Virus record (IMG/VR): IMGVR_UViG_3300042454_000021
Coordinates: 1-64,000 of that record
From: a virus
Length of the DNA stretch: 64,000 bases
Strand: one strand, 5' to 3'
Shown: one piece after another, positions 1 to 11,600 of the stretch
Numbering within the stretch: the stretch's first letter is position 1
Layout of the letters: each line of letters begins with the position of its first letter
Notes under the pieces: generated by a model
Seen by the model: the letters and a program-made list of their open reading frames with translations, nothing else
Told to the model about the DNA's origin: nothing
The model's database searches: none
Translations under genes and position numbers: made by a program

Positions 1-296
1 TGAACGATTATCTCTACCTAACTGACCCATTGGTTCAGAAGGTTAGAATCGCTGCCTTATTCGAAGAGGATATCCCTAACGAAGTGAGATATTCAGGAGA
101 GTGTGGTGCACAAGTTACTGATGCAGAGTGGTGCTTAAATCCTTTAGATAGAGAATCGTTTTGCCCAGGGTATTTAGAAAAACAAGTATTAGAACTTACA
201 TCTCAGAAATTGTTGAGTACATACTTCAGACTTAAAGAAGACTTAACAGAAAATGGTATAGATGGTCAAGCTCCTAATGCACCAGCAGGAAGCTAA
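1..296 (+). CDS. C-terminal part of a crAss-like tail ring/structural protein (truncated by window start)
   Basis: Frame is open from base 3 (NDYLYLTDPLVQKVRIAALFEED...). It lies directly upstream of the IHF-like, ring and muzzle genes, and its stop overlaps the next ATG. Confidence 0.5.
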   Translation, partial: NDYLYLTDPLVQKVRIAALFEEDIPNEVRYSGECGAQVTDAEWCLNPLDRESFCPGYLEKQVLELTSQKLLSTYFRLKEDLTENGIDGQAPNAPAGS

Positions 297-772
297 TGAG
301 AGTAAAAATAGACTGGAGAAGTTCCAGTAAAGACAACTACAAAAACTTCTGTAAGAAGTACACATCAGTCAAAGTAACGTTTGATGAATGGAGAAACATC
401 ATCTATTCATTCAACGAACATTTCAAAAACTACATTCTTGAAACTGGAGAAAAAGCAAAGCTACCTTTTGGCTTTGGTGAATTCTCTATTAACAAGAAGA
501 AGCGTAAGAAGTTTAAGATGGTTGATGGAGAAGAAGTTATAAACCTACCTATTGATTGGCAGAAGAGCAAAGAGAAAGGTAAGAGGATATATAACTTTAA
601 CTATCACACAGAAGGTTATTTCTTTGGTTGGATGTGGTTTAGAGATACAGCAAGAATAAGAAATATTGATCTCTGGTATTTTAAACCTACTAGAACAACA
701 TCAAGACTCTTATCACATTATATTAAGACTGACGATAAGTATCAGCATATTTACAGAGAGTGGAAAAAATAA
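296..772 (+). CDS. IHF/HU-like DNA-binding protein of the crAss-like tail gene block
   Basis: Basic 158-aa protein with the HU/IHF-like segment GEKAKLPFGFGEFSINKKKR. Position before the tubular and stabilisation genes is typical of crAss-like phages. Confidence 0.65.
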   Translation: MRVKIDWRSSSKDNYKNFCKKYTSVKVTFDEWRNIIYSFNEHFKNYILETGEKAKLPFGFGEFSINKKKRKKFKMVDGEEVINLPIDWQKSKEKGKRIYNFNYHTEGYFFGWMWFRDTARIRNIDLWYFKPTRTTSRLLSHYIKTDDKYQHIYREWKK

Positions 773-778
773 AATAAA

Positions 779-1762
779 ATGGCATATTACTACAAATACA
801 ATTTCATTTCTCCTGAGCCTGTATACTCTACAGTGAAAGAAGAGCTTAAGAGCTACTTCGATACAGGAGCAGTTGATGACTTATTGTTCCCTACTTATCT
901 TGACAAATGTCTAAAGAAGTTAGGTAGAGCCACTTATGTTATTCAAGAAACAATCTTAGATGTATGTGACTTTGAAGCTAGACTTCCAGATAACTTTATA
1001 TCTGTAAGAGAAGCATGGATGTGTTCAGAAGATACATCTAACTATCCATATCAAACTCCTAACTCATTCTATTCTCAAGCAGCAACACAGACAACTATTC
1101 AAGTTAGTCCAATCATCTATGGAGGTCCTTCATGTCCTAGTACATGTTGTGGTAATATAGGATGTGATGGATCATGTATGCCTGAGATAATGCAGACAGT
1201 TTATAAAACTAATCAACAAGCTTATAGATCTATCACTAGACAAGCTTTAATGCAACCTGGAAATATCAATGGACGTAATAATTGTACATTAGATTATGGT
1301 GGTAATGCTTGGGAGTTTGGATATAATGCACCTCCAGTTGATTTAAGAAATACACCTTATTCGTCTGCAGCTAATTCATTTGACATTCGTGATAACAAGT
1401 TTGTCACTAATGTAAGAAATGCTGTCGTTCATTTAATATTTTATGTTACAGAATACGATACAATAGGTAATCAATTGATTCCTGATAACTATCGTGTTAG
1501 GGAATTTGTAGAAGCATTCCTTAAATATAAAGTTTTTGAAACCCTATCTAATCAATTAACAGATGAGACGTTTGAACAAATACAGAAAAAACTTGCTTAT
1601 TATAAAAGCCTTTATGATGAAGCATTCATTATGGCAGACATTGAAATAAAGAAACAAGATGGCTGGGCTAAACAACGCAGAATAAAGAACGATTTGAACA
1701 GATTCAATATGTACGAACTGCCAAATAGATCATATAGATATGGCTGGAGAAGAAACAACTAG
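779..1762 (+). CDS. Tail tubular/ring protein (crAss-like)
   Basis: 327 aa with ARLPDNF, YVTEYD..G..LIPDN and a helical C-terminus. Immediately upstream of the stabilisation protein. Confidence 0.6.
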   Translation: MAYYYKYNFISPEPVYSTVKEELKSYFDTGAVDDLLFPTYLDKCLKKLGRATYVIQETILDVCDFEARLPDNFISVREAWMCSEDTSNYPYQTPNSFYSQAATQTTIQVSPIIYGGPSCPSTCCGNIGCDGSCMPEIMQTVYKTNQQAYRSITRQALMQPGNINGRNNCTLDYGGNAWEFGYNAPPVDLRNTPYSSAANSFDIRDNKFVTNVRNAVVHLIFYVTEYDTIGNQLIPDNYRVREFVEAFLKYKVFETLSNQLTDETFEQIQKKLAYYKSLYDEAFIMADIEIKKQDGWAKQRRIKNDLNRFNMYELPNRSYRYGWRRNN

Positions 1763-4700
1763 TAAAGGAAACATAACCAACAATTACAATGCTGGCCAGA
1801 CTGGTTTGAACATGGATAATACCCTTGGTCAAATTAAGAAAGGTACACTTACGTATGCGTTGAATGCTAATGTTGAGAACTTTGATTCTAATTCTGTTAA
1901 CTATCAGAATGAGGAAGGGAACGTTCCATGCGTAAATGAAGATGGTATATTGTTTCCAGATAACACAATTGTTATTGGTACACACTTCATCAATGAGCAG
2001 AGCAAGCACATATTCTTTCTTGTAAATACTGAGACAGGTGGTTCAGAAATAGGACAGATTGTTAATAACAATTGCATCTATACAACTATTCTAGCTAATG
2101 ATTGTCTTGACTTTGATATAAATCATCCTATTCAAAAAGCTGTACACAGATTAACAAACTGTACAACAGAGATTTACTGGACTGATGGAAAGAATCCTAG
2201 ACGTTATCTTGATATAGATAATCCTCCTACTACAGACATTTGCAATAATTTAAAGATACAACCAAACTTTCCTGTACCTCAGTTAAGTATAATAGATGTA
2301 GTTACTGGTGGTGAATTACTTGCTGGTACATATCAGTTTGCTATTCAGTATTGTGACGCTGTAGGTTTTGGATATACATCCTACTATTCAGTTACTAATC
2401 CTGTACCTATTGCTAATATACAAGTTGAAACTTTAGAGTTTAACTATCCTGTTAATAGATCTATTGTTATAAACATTACCAATCTTGATGAGGCAGGACA
2501 TTTTGAATATTACAATCTTGCTGTAATCAAAACAATTAATGGAATAACTTCTGTTGAATTAATTGGTACATATAACATAGATGGAGCTACTAATGAAGTA
2601 ACCTACTCTGGACAAAATCAAACGCAAATAAGACTTGCTATTGAGGATATCTTTGAAAAGTTTCCTTATTACGATATAGCCCAAGACGTTACTGCTGTTC
2701 AAGATATATTAGTATGGGATCAACTTACTACTAATGAGCGTATAAACTATCAAACAATTGCAGCACAGATAAATTTGAAATGGCAGAGCTATAGAATTCC
2801 TGCTACAGAAAACTATGCTGATGAACTTAACTCTGCTAATCTTAGAGGTTATCTTCGTGATGAGGTTTATCCTTTCGAGATTGTATTCTTATTAAAGAAT
2901 GGTAAACAGACAGATGGTTTTCATATTCCTGGACGTGAGTTAATTGAAGGTTTTGATGATGTACCTATTTTTAAAAATGGTAATGCTGATTATATAGGAG
3001 AAGGAACTGTGGCTCCTAAATGGAAAATATACAATACTGCTTATGATAATAATGCTGGCATAGGAGATAATATAAATACAGCTATACCATATGAGTATGG
3101 TGAGTTTGCATACTGGGAATCAGAAGAAAACTATCCAGATAATGAGGTATTTACAGGAGCAGGATTAACTGGTCCTATTAGACATCATAAGTTTCCTGAT
3201 GTTCTTGCAAGTCCTATATTTGAATCTTCGTATTATAATCCAAATTCTACTATTACTCCTTTTATGAGTAAAGAGGGAGAGTCTGTGTATCCTTTAGGTG
3301 TACTGATTAATACACGTCAAGTGCAAGCATTGATTGAGAATTCTGAATTAACTGATGCTCAGAAAGCAGATATTGCTGGATTTAAAATTGTACGTGGTAA
3401 TAGATCAACTAATAAATCTATTGTAGCTAAAGGTATTCTTCGTAACGTTGGTAAATATCAACGTGAAGGAACTACATACTATTTCCCTAACTATCCATAT
3501 AACGATTTAAATGAAGATCCATTCTTATCAGAATTAAATGTTTCTGATAGAGATAGTAAATCATATGCTTATAACGCTCAATCAGTATTATATTATGTAT
3601 CAGCTGTATCTCTTCCAGGATCTGTAACAATCACTGATTGTAATACAGGAGATGTTAGAGATATACCATTGACAGTAGGCGCTCCTACACTTAGTGTATG
3701 TTCACTTAGCTATCCTAAATTAAATGGTGGTGCTTCAGCAAGTATTAGTAATCCAGTACCTAAAACTATCTGTGTAGGATTTACTTCAGATTCAAGTACT
3801 TCATTTAAATACTATAACGCATATACAGCAGCAATCGAATTTATCACTGTTAATGTAGCAGATGGTATTGTTTACAAATTAGTTAACTCTTTCTATCCTG
3901 TTACATATGAATATGGATCTAAGAATTACACAATTACTACAAGCGATACTATAAATCCATTAACTCTTCCTAATAAATTAGATGCTTTTGATACAGACGA
4001 GTCTAAATTTAGAATGGTGTTTAATTCACCTGAGACATCTTTTGGTCAACCATCGTTAGGAAGTGTTCTCAAGTTAGAGAACGTTATGTTTGGTGCAGGA
4101 ATAGCTCACTTTGCTGAGGTTAAAAACAATGCTAGATATAAATTTATTAATAGAACTATACAGCAACAAGCATTAAGATCTAGTTTTGATCTTGCTAATT
4201 CTGTATCTCCATTTGATCCTAATGCGATGTTTACAACGTATCAGGCATATTTACAGATATATATAAATGGTATTAGTAGAAGAAACTTTTCTTGGTCATT
4301 TAACTCTGTAGCACAATATGACTATTGGGCTAATGTTGGTAACTCTGGATTTAAACAACGTGAGTTAGAGATTTGTCAATATGCAACACCAGGCGTTCAG
4401 TCTGTATCAGATGTTCATGATTTAAATAACTTCCAAAGAGAGTCATCTATTTATGTAAAAACAAAACTCAATCGTCCAGGTGATTTACCTCTTCCTTATC
4501 CTAATGCTGTACCTGCTTTAAATGGTAACATTAGTGATATGTCTAGATATGTAGCATCTGAGAAGAATACTTGTGGTACTCCTGAAGATCTTAAAGATAT
4601 TAAAGTAGTTTCATACTATGGATCATTAAAGAATATTCTTCCTAGTCAATGGGGTCAGTTATATAGTTATCAAACTATTGATACAGGGTTTCAAGTTGAT

Positions 4701-6749
4701 TTTGATAGTCTTCCTATTGGAGGGGTAGTAACTATATTTGGTGGTGATACTTTTATATCTAGATTTGCATTTAAAACAAAACTTCCATTCTTTATTGATA
4801 ATAGAGTAGCAGCTCCTGATGATTCAGACATATTCTACGATGAGATTGGTAACGTTGCCTATCCTAGATATTGGCATTCATCAAGATCTATCTTGAGTAA
4901 TTACACCACTCCTAATAGAACAAATTTAAATAATGTTATATCAATTAAAGCTACAGCTTTAGATTGCCCTAACAATCCAATATATTCTTTTACACCAACT
5001 ACCACAACAACTACAACTGCTGTTCCTGGTAGTGTTACAACAGGATCTTTTAATTATGGATATACTGGTAAGATGTATCAATTTGCTTATGGTATACCAT
5101 ACTTCTATTGTGAAAGTTCTATTAATGTTGATTTACGTCAAGCCTTTAATAATAGAGAAGGAAACTTCTATCCACATGTAAGTTCAGGCATTCCAGATAA
5201 CTGGTTACAACAATCATTTGTACCAATTGCTCAAGACAATACATACTACTACAATGTAACTTACTCTAAACAGAATACAGAAAATAACTTTACACATCTT
5301 CCATTTAACTGGAGTGATAATCAATGTAATGTTGTATTTCCTTTTAGAACTATATATTCAGAACCACAGAGTTCTGATCCAACAGTAAAAGTTAATAACT
5401 GGCTCATCTATCGTCCTATATCATATTTTGATTTTCCTCAAAACTATGGTCCATTAGTATCTTTAGATGGTATACAGAATAAAGGAATCCTTGCTAGATT
5501 TGAGAACAAGTCATTATTGTACAATACAATGTTGACAATCAACACTAGCAATCCACAAGCTGCTTATATTGGTAATCCTACATTGTTTAGAAGTTCTCCT
5601 CCAATTGACTTTGCTGAGACAGATCTTGGATATGTAGGAACTCAAAATAAGTTCTTGTTAAAGATTCCTCAAGGACAAGTTACAGTTGATGCTAAGCGTG
5701 GACAGATATTCTTGATATCAGGAAGTCAAGCTGTAGATTTAACAGCATTTGGCTCAGGTGTCAATCGTTTCATGACTGACCACTTAGCATTTGAAATATT
5801 ACGTTTCTTCCCAGAAGCTGAGGTTGATAACAACTTTAGTAAGGTGGGATTACATGGTGTGTTTGATAGTAAGTATGATAGAGTTATTATATCTAAGCTT
5901 GATTATATTCCACAACCTAATTGGATAGGACAAATATTCTATGACAATACACCAACATTAACTGTTACATGTACAGGAGTAACTTGGTATTTTAGTAACA
6001 GTAGTGATATTGGATATCCTAATGAGACATTTACATACATGAATTGTGATGGAGTTGAGTCTGTAGTGGCTGTGCCTGCAGGTGAGATTTATGAAAAATG
6101 TGTACAGATAGGAACAACCCCATCTACAGGAAGTCAAGGAGATAATCCATTCACTGCTGATGAGGAATGTACTGTAATTAGAACTATACCAAATCCTAAT
6201 TACAAAGAGTATTATATATTAGTAGATGAGGTTCCTACAGTGATTCAGTTGTTAGATCCAGAATATTTCTGTAACAAATCATGGACTTTGTCATTCAACT
6301 TAAATACAAAGAGTTGGGTTAGTTTCCATAGTTATATTCCTAACTATTACATAGGAGAAAACAACTTCTTCTATTCTGGATTAAACCAAGGATGTAACCT
6401 AACAGCAATTGCTGCTATAGAAGTATCTGACTGTGCGTTAGCTGGAACAGCTGTTATACCAGGTACTACTACAACTACTTCTAGTAGTACATCTACAAGT
6501 ACGTCTACTAGCACAAGTACGTCTACATCTACTAGTAGTACTACTACAACTACCACTACAAATATTATAACCTCTTGTGAAGAGTGGAGAAATGATACAT
6601 TTGAAGAAGTTATTATAAATTACCTTCTTTGTAACACTAGTACTTATGTAACTAACTATGCTTTAGCAACTGGTTCTAGTGTATGTGCTTATTATGGTTC
6701 TATCAGTATTGTATCAGGTGGTCCATTGACAGCAGTTGGACCTTGTTAA
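1740..6749 (+). CDS. Tail stabilisation/muzzle protein (P22 gp10-like), N-terminal and major part, with inserted Cys-rich and Ser/Thr domains
   Basis: 1669 aa with GLNMD..ALNA, IYWTDGKNPRRYLDID, GYLRDEVYPF, IRHHKFPD, FGGDTFISRF and WTLSFNLNTKSWVSFHSYIP, motifs characteristic of crAss-like stabilisation proteins. Confidence 0.8.
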   Translation: MAGEETTSKGNITNNYNAGQTGLNMDNTLGQIKKGTLTYALNANVENFDSNSVNYQNEEGNVPCVNEDGILFPDNTIVIGTHFINEQSKHIFFLVNTETGGSEIGQIVNNNCIYTTILANDCLDFDINHPIQKAVHRLTNCTTEIYWTDGKNPRRYLDIDNPPTTDICNNLKIQPNFPVPQLSIIDVVTGGELLAGTYQFAIQYCDAVGFGYTSYYSVTNPVPIANIQVETLEFNYPVNRSIVINITNLDEAGHFEYYNLAVIKTINGITSVELIGTYNIDGATNEVTYSGQNQTQIRLAIEDIFEKFPYYDIAQDVTAVQDILVWDQLTTNERINYQTIAAQINLKWQSYRIPATENYADELNSANLRGYLRDEVYPFEIVFLLKNGKQTDGFHIPGRELIEGFDDVPIFKNGNADYIGEGTVAPKWKIYNTAYDNNAGIGDNINTAIPYEYGEFAYWESEENYPDNEVFTGAGLTGPIRHHKFPDVLASPIFESSYYNPNSTITPFMSKEGESVYPLGVLINTRQVQALIENSELTDAQKADIAGFKIVRGNRSTNKSIVAKGILRNVGKYQREGTTYYFPNYPYNDLNEDPFLSELNVSDRDSKSYAYNAQSVLYYVSAVSLPGSVTITDCNTGDVRDIPLTVGAPTLSVCSLSYPKLNGGASASISNPVPKTICVGFTSDSSTSFKYYNAYTAAIEFITVNVADGIVYKLVNSFYPVTYEYGSKNYTITTSDTINPLTLPNKLDAFDTDESKFRMVFNSPETSFGQPSLGSVLKLENVMFGAGIAHFAEVKNNARYKFINRTIQQQALRSSFDLANSVSPFDPNAMFTTYQAYLQIYINGISRRNFSWSFNSVAQYDYWANVGNSGFKQRELEICQYATPGVQSVSDVHDLNNFQRESSIYVKTKLNRPGDLPLPYPNAVPALNGNISDMSRYVASEKNTCGTPEDLKDIKVVSYYGSLKNILPSQWGQLYSYQTIDTGFQVDFDSLPIGGVVTIFGGDTFISRFAFKTKLPFFIDNRVAAPDDSDIFYDEIGNVAYPRYWHSSRSILSNYTTPNRTNLNNVISIKATALDCPNNPIYSFTPTTTTTTTAVPGSVTTGSFNYGYTGKMYQFAYGIPYFYCESSINVDLRQAFNNREGNFYPHVSSGIPDNWLQQSFVPIAQDNTYYYNVTYSKQNTENNFTHLPFNWSDNQCNVVFPFRTIYSEPQSSDPTVKVNNWLIYRPISYFDFPQNYGPLVSLDGIQNKGILARFENKSLLYNTMLTINTSNPQAAYIGNPTLFRSSPPIDFAETDLGYVGTQNKFLLKIPQGQVTVDAKRGQIFLISGSQAVDLTAFGSGVNRFMTDHLAFEILRFFPEAEVDNNFSKVGLHGVFDSKYDRVIISKLDYIPQPNWIGQIFYDNTPTLTVTCTGVTWYFSNSSDIGYPNETFTYMNCDGVESVVAVPAGEIYEKCVQIGTTPSTGSQGDNPFTADEECTVIRTIPNPNYKEYYILVDEVPTVIQLLDPEYFCNKSWTLSFNLNTKSWVSFHSYIPNYYIGENNFFYSGLNQGCNLTAIAAIEVSDCALAGTAVIPGTTTTTSSSTSTSTSTSTSTSTSTSSTTTTTTTNIITSCEEWRNDTFEEVIINYLLCNTSTYVTNYALATGSSVCAYYGSISIVSGGPLTAVGPC

Positions 6750-6761
6750 TAATTAAAAATT

Positions 6762-7631
6762 ATGTCTAGAAGTGTTATTATAAAGTTAGAGACTGCAGGA
6801 TTCAGAACAACATTATTAAATGTTTCTGATGATCAAGGAACTGTGTATGCCACTGGCGTACCCAAAGAAGACTTTATTGCAGGACAGACATATACTGTAG
6901 TAGATGATGATGTTGAAGAGATGGTTCTTGAATCAGTAGGTGTGTGTAACTTTGTGTTACATCTTCCTATTCAAGAACTAACTGCTCAAGAGATTGCTGA
7001 CATTACATACACTCCTAGTAACTCAGGAACATTGTGGAAACACTTAGTTGATGTTACAGTTAATAATAAGTATTATAATGTAATAGAACCTTACATTATT
7101 GAGTATCCATTCATGTATCAATTCCATGATGAGATTCTTCAAAATGTTAAGGACTACACTAGAGCATTTAAATATCTACCTATTGTTGATGGTGTATATA
7201 ATGACAATGCTAAGATACAAACAGACGATCAATACTTTAATAAAGTGATATTGTACAATGGTCAACAGTGTTCAGGATTACTAGAGTTAGTTCCTAAGCC
7301 TTATCATAACCTAAGTGCTTATTTAAACTATCCAATATATAATGCAGATAGTAAAACAATCATGTATACAAAGAGTGATAGTTTCTATCAATACAATACA
7401 TTCTGGAATGTGCTTATAGATAAAGCTGTACCAATGTTCTTTACAAGTTGTGAATCCCTATCAATAGATAAGGTGTTGAATCAAACCAATATGAACTATG
7501 GTGTGAAGTCGTTTAGGAAAGAACCTTTTCGTGCTAAGGGTGTCTTAGTTAGACACATCCTAGATGATAGATCAGATGCTCACTTAGTATCACAATTCGT
7601 AATTGCTCCATCTCAAATCTCTTACAAGTAA
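6762..7631 (+). CDS. Probable C-terminal portion of the muzzle/stabilisation protein, encoded as a separate ORF
   Basis: Contains LWKH...YYNVIEPYIIEY, FNKVILYNGQQCSGLLEL and a terminal FRAKGVLVRHI, which I recall continuing after WVSFHSY in single-ORF homologues. Confidence 0.55.
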   Translation: MSRSVIIKLETAGFRTTLLNVSDDQGTVYATGVPKEDFIAGQTYTVVDDDVEEMVLESVGVCNFVLHLPIQELTAQEIADITYTPSNSGTLWKHLVDVTVNNKYYNVIEPYIIEYPFMYQFHDEILQNVKDYTRAFKYLPIVDGVYNDNAKIQTDDQYFNKVILYNGQQCSGLLELVPKPYHNLSAYLNYPIYNADSKTIMYTKSDSFYQYNTFWNVLIDKAVPMFFTSCESLSIDKVLNQTNMNYGVKSFRKEPFRAKGVLVRHILDDRSDAHLVSQFVIAPSQISYK

Positions 7632-8635
7632 TGAAAGGCTGGCTAGATAAATATCAAGAAGGTGGTAATGTTGCTTATGCTGATAATACAAGAGTAGGTA
7701 ATGTACCAAGATATATAGCTCCAAAAAAAGGAGAAGATATGCCTGTTTCAAGAATGATTGAAATGACATTAGATGCTCCACAAAGATTAGCAGTTCAAGC
7801 AATTACAGGAAAAGAACAATATCTTTCAGAGGCACTGGATATTAAAAATCCATGGGAAGCTTTAGCTGCTGACGCTATATTAGATCCTACAAACTTAATA
7901 GGAGCAGGACTAGTAGGTAAAGCTGCAAAAGCTGCAAAAGCTAGTACAAAGAAAGGAGTTCTTTCTAAAGCTTATAAGATTAATCCTTTTGCAATAAAAG
8001 AAAATGGTGGATGGTTAGATAAATATAATGATGGTGGTCCAGTACAACCCAACTATAATGATGCGTCAGTTACCTTATCAGATAACTTTGTAGGAGAAGG
8101 AACATTTAATAAGGGTAGAGATTATTCTCCTGCATGGGGAGGACAGTTTGCAATGGGTGGATCTATTGGTGGAGCTACACAAGGTATACCAGGAGCTACA
8201 GGATTTATGTATGCACGTACAGGAAGCATTCCTAGTAATGGTAAGTATGCTAAGAAGACAAAAGCTTCTGCACAGAATGGAGCAGAGATGAGATACTATC
8301 AAGAGGGTTTAGATTTCAAGCCTAAATCAATAAGTAAGAATGGTTCTCAAATAATCAAAGATGATAGAGGGCAATGGGCCTATCCAGGAGAAATCACTGA
8401 GATTGGTTCTAACCAAATCACAATGCAAGGAGTTGATTATCCTGTACTGGGTATATCTGACACAGGAGACACTCAAATGATGTATCCTAATGAAGACTAT
8501 GTTTATGATGGAGAGTCTGTTACAGAGATTCCTATGATGGCACAAGGTGGACAGTTGACAAAGCTGGATCAATTATTTAACTTTACTAATTACAATACCA
8601 AACAACCAGGAGGCTGGTTAGACAAATACCAATAA
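7631..8635 (+). CDS. Putative virion cargo/internal protein with repeated GWLDKY and xxxGG motifs
   Basis: GWLDKY occurs three times. Also YQEGG, YNDGG, FAMGG, MAQGG and an ITMQGVDYPVLG domain. Located between the muzzle and cargo genes. Confidence 0.55.
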   Translation: MKGWLDKYQEGGNVAYADNTRVGNVPRYIAPKKGEDMPVSRMIEMTLDAPQRLAVQAITGKEQYLSEALDIKNPWEALAADAILDPTNLIGAGLVGKAAKAAKASTKKGVLSKAYKINPFAIKENGGWLDKYNDGGPVQPNYNDASVTLSDNFVGEGTFNKGRDYSPAWGGQFAMGGSIGGATQGIPGATGFMYARTGSIPSNGKYAKKTKASAQNGAEMRYYQEGLDFKPKSISKNGSQIIKDDRGQWAYPGEITEIGSNQITMQGVDYPVLGISDTGDTQMMYPNEDYVYDGESVTEIPMMAQGGQLTKLDQLFNFTNYNTKQPGGWLDKYQ

Positions 8636-8636
8636 T

Positions 8637-11600
8637 ATGAAAGCTCAAATTTTAAAAATTGCTGGCGTTAAGAACGAGAAAGAGTTCTACAAAAAGTTTC
8701 CTACAGAGAAAGCTTTTATGGCAAAGCATGGTAAAGAGTTAAAGAAAGCACAAGTAGGTACAATGATTGGTGGAGAAGAATCTCCTATGTATCAGCCTAT
8801 ATCTTACAATAACTTAGCATCAAATGCTCAAGCTTCTGTATATGGTATTAGTCCAGAAGAACAACAACGACAAGAAGCGTTAGCCTCTCAACAAGCTATT
8901 GCTGCTGCCTCAGGACAAAAGGGTGGAGGTCTTGGTGATATTCTTGGTAGTATTGATCCTGCTATGATTGCACAATTAGTAGGTGGTGCAAAGAATGGAA
9001 AGAAGTTGAAGAAAGCTCAAAGTGGTGCATGGGCTCCATCAGATATTCCATCAGATGCACTTAGTCCTCAAATGCCTTCAGATTATCAAGCAGGTAATCT
9101 TAATAACATTGGTCAAAATGCTTTTGGTGGTATTGGTAAATTTATCAATAGTGATATTGGTGGAACAGCATCAGTTGGTAATAAAGGTTTTGATTGGAAA
9201 GGTACACTTAAGAAAGTTAGTCCAGCATTAGCAATGCAAGCAGCTCCTCTTATTGGAGCATATGAAGATATAGTACAAGGTAAAAAAGATACAGCTAATG
9301 CTAAGAAGTATGGTAAGATAAGTGATCTTACATTACAAGCAGCATCATCAAGACCTGAGCAAGCTAAGAGACGTTACGTTCGTCCAGAGGATCAAGTGAT
9401 GCAAAACTTTAGACCTCTTGGTACAGGTACTAATTATCTTGCTGCAGCTAATGGAACAATGATTGGTGGTAATCCTACAGAGATTCAGAACATGTACACC
9501 ACTCCAAATACAATGTACACTGATCTTGAATTTGAACCATTGAACGATGCAAACAAAGTCAAGAACTTTAAAAAAGGTGGTAAGTTAAATAAAGCAGCAG
9601 GTGGTATTACATTAGATTCATTTTCTGGACAAGGGGGTGGTCTTGGTGGAATGTTAGGTTCTAAAGTAGGAGGAGGTAGTGGTAAAGGTGGACCTGGTTC
9701 TACAATTGGTTCTACTCTTGGTGGTATTGCTGGATCATTTATTCCTATTCCAGGAGTTGGTACATTCTTAGGATCTACAGTTGGTGGATTCTTAGGAGGG
9801 CTATTTGATGCAAAAGGACAGAACGAAGCACAAGCAGCTCAAGATAAACTTAATCAAAACTTACAAGCTTCTGCATTTCAATCAGGAACACAAAATCTAC
9901 AAACTCAGAATAAGGCATTTATGAAAGATGGTGGATGGGTGAGTCATGATTGGCAGCCACAAGTAATTGCTACATTTGGTGATTATAAAGTATCAGATTT
10001 ATTAAAGCCACCTCATGATGCAGATATGCTAAGAGCTGGTGGACATCTTAGAGAATACACTCCTCCTAGTGCAGAAGCTATGTATACAGGAAGAAGAGCT
10101 GAAGATGGTATACAGATGGCAATGGGTGGAGATCTACAAGTAGCTAGAGGATCTGCTGACACAATGTCTTATAATCCTTATCTTCCAGGAGATGGTGAAA
10201 CAGTTATGTTTAGAGGACCTTCTCATGATGATGGTGGTATGCCTATATCATTTGGACAGAATGGTGTAGAGGTTGAAGGTGGGGAGCCAGCTATCATTAT
10301 GGAAGATGGTGGTAAGCAAGAGAACCTTGTAGTTTATGGAAACATGAGAATTCCTGATTATGGTGTAAATGAAATAAATGATCCTAAGGCTAAGGGTAAG
10401 AAGTTTAAACACTACATTGCTGACTTATCTAAGCAAGAAGCTAAGGTAAATAAATCAGTAGATAAAGGTGTTGAATTAGTTAATACATACGATAGTGGTA
10501 ATGAGTTTGATCAATTAGCGTTCAACTCTGGTAAAGCTATGATGATGGGTGGTGATTTAAAACTTAAAACAATTGCTGAGAGAAAACTAGATGCAGCTGC
10601 TGTACAGAATGCAATTCTTGATACAGCAGAAGAGTTTGGTGTTAAGAGCGATGATTTAGCTAAAGGTAAAATTAAGATGGATAAAGATAACAATATGTAT
10701 GCTGAGTTTGGTAAAAAGGTTATGTTTCAAAAAGGTGGAAAAGCAAATAAAAAAGTTTTACAAAAAAAGAAAATAGGAACTCTTGATGAAGAGGATATCA
10801 TTATTGAGAATAAAAATGTAAGAAAACAAGCTCCAACACAATTACCAACTCCTCGTTACTCAGTAAGTAGTTCACAATTTCCTTCTCCTATTGATGAGGA
10901 AGGTAACTACTACATGCCAATAACTCAAGAATCATCATCACAAACTCCTACATATTATTCTGATGATTATGAATACAAAGGCGATGTTGCTAACGCTATT
11001 GATCAAGCTACTACTTCTAAAAATGTTAAAGATAATGATTGGTTGAAGTTAACTGCAATGGGATTAACATCAGCTCTTGGACAACTTCGTCCTAGTGATG
11101 TTGAGCAACTAGATGCTGCTCAATTATCACCAGAAATGATGTCATTAGCAATGAATCAATTAGAACCTGTACAGGCTCAAACATTCCAACCATTATTGTC
11201 TCAACCAACTTCATACAGTCTTCAAGATCAATTGAATGAGATAACTTCTGCAACTCGTGCTGCTGAGAAGATGTCTGCTTATAATCCTGAAGCTGCTGGC
11301 ATGATTGCTGCACAAGCATATAATGCTAAGAACAAAGTATTAGGAGAGCAATTCAGAATGAATCAAGCTGAGCAACAACGTGTAACTGAGCAGAATCGTA
11401 ATATTCTTAATGATGCTAATTTGAAAAACTTAGCAATATTAGATACACAATATCAACGCCAAGAACAAGCTAAGAGTGCAACTAAGCAACAAGCATTAGA
11501 AGCAATGAAGTCTATTGCAGACAAAATTGCTAAGAACAAACTTGAGAACAGACAGCTTGGAGTTATGGAGAATCTATACAACTATCGTTTCACTAAATCT

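Noticed and set aside
6371-6556. Val-rich minus-strand ORFs here and at 54525-54791
   Set aside because: They are the reverse complement of Thr/Ser codon tracts.
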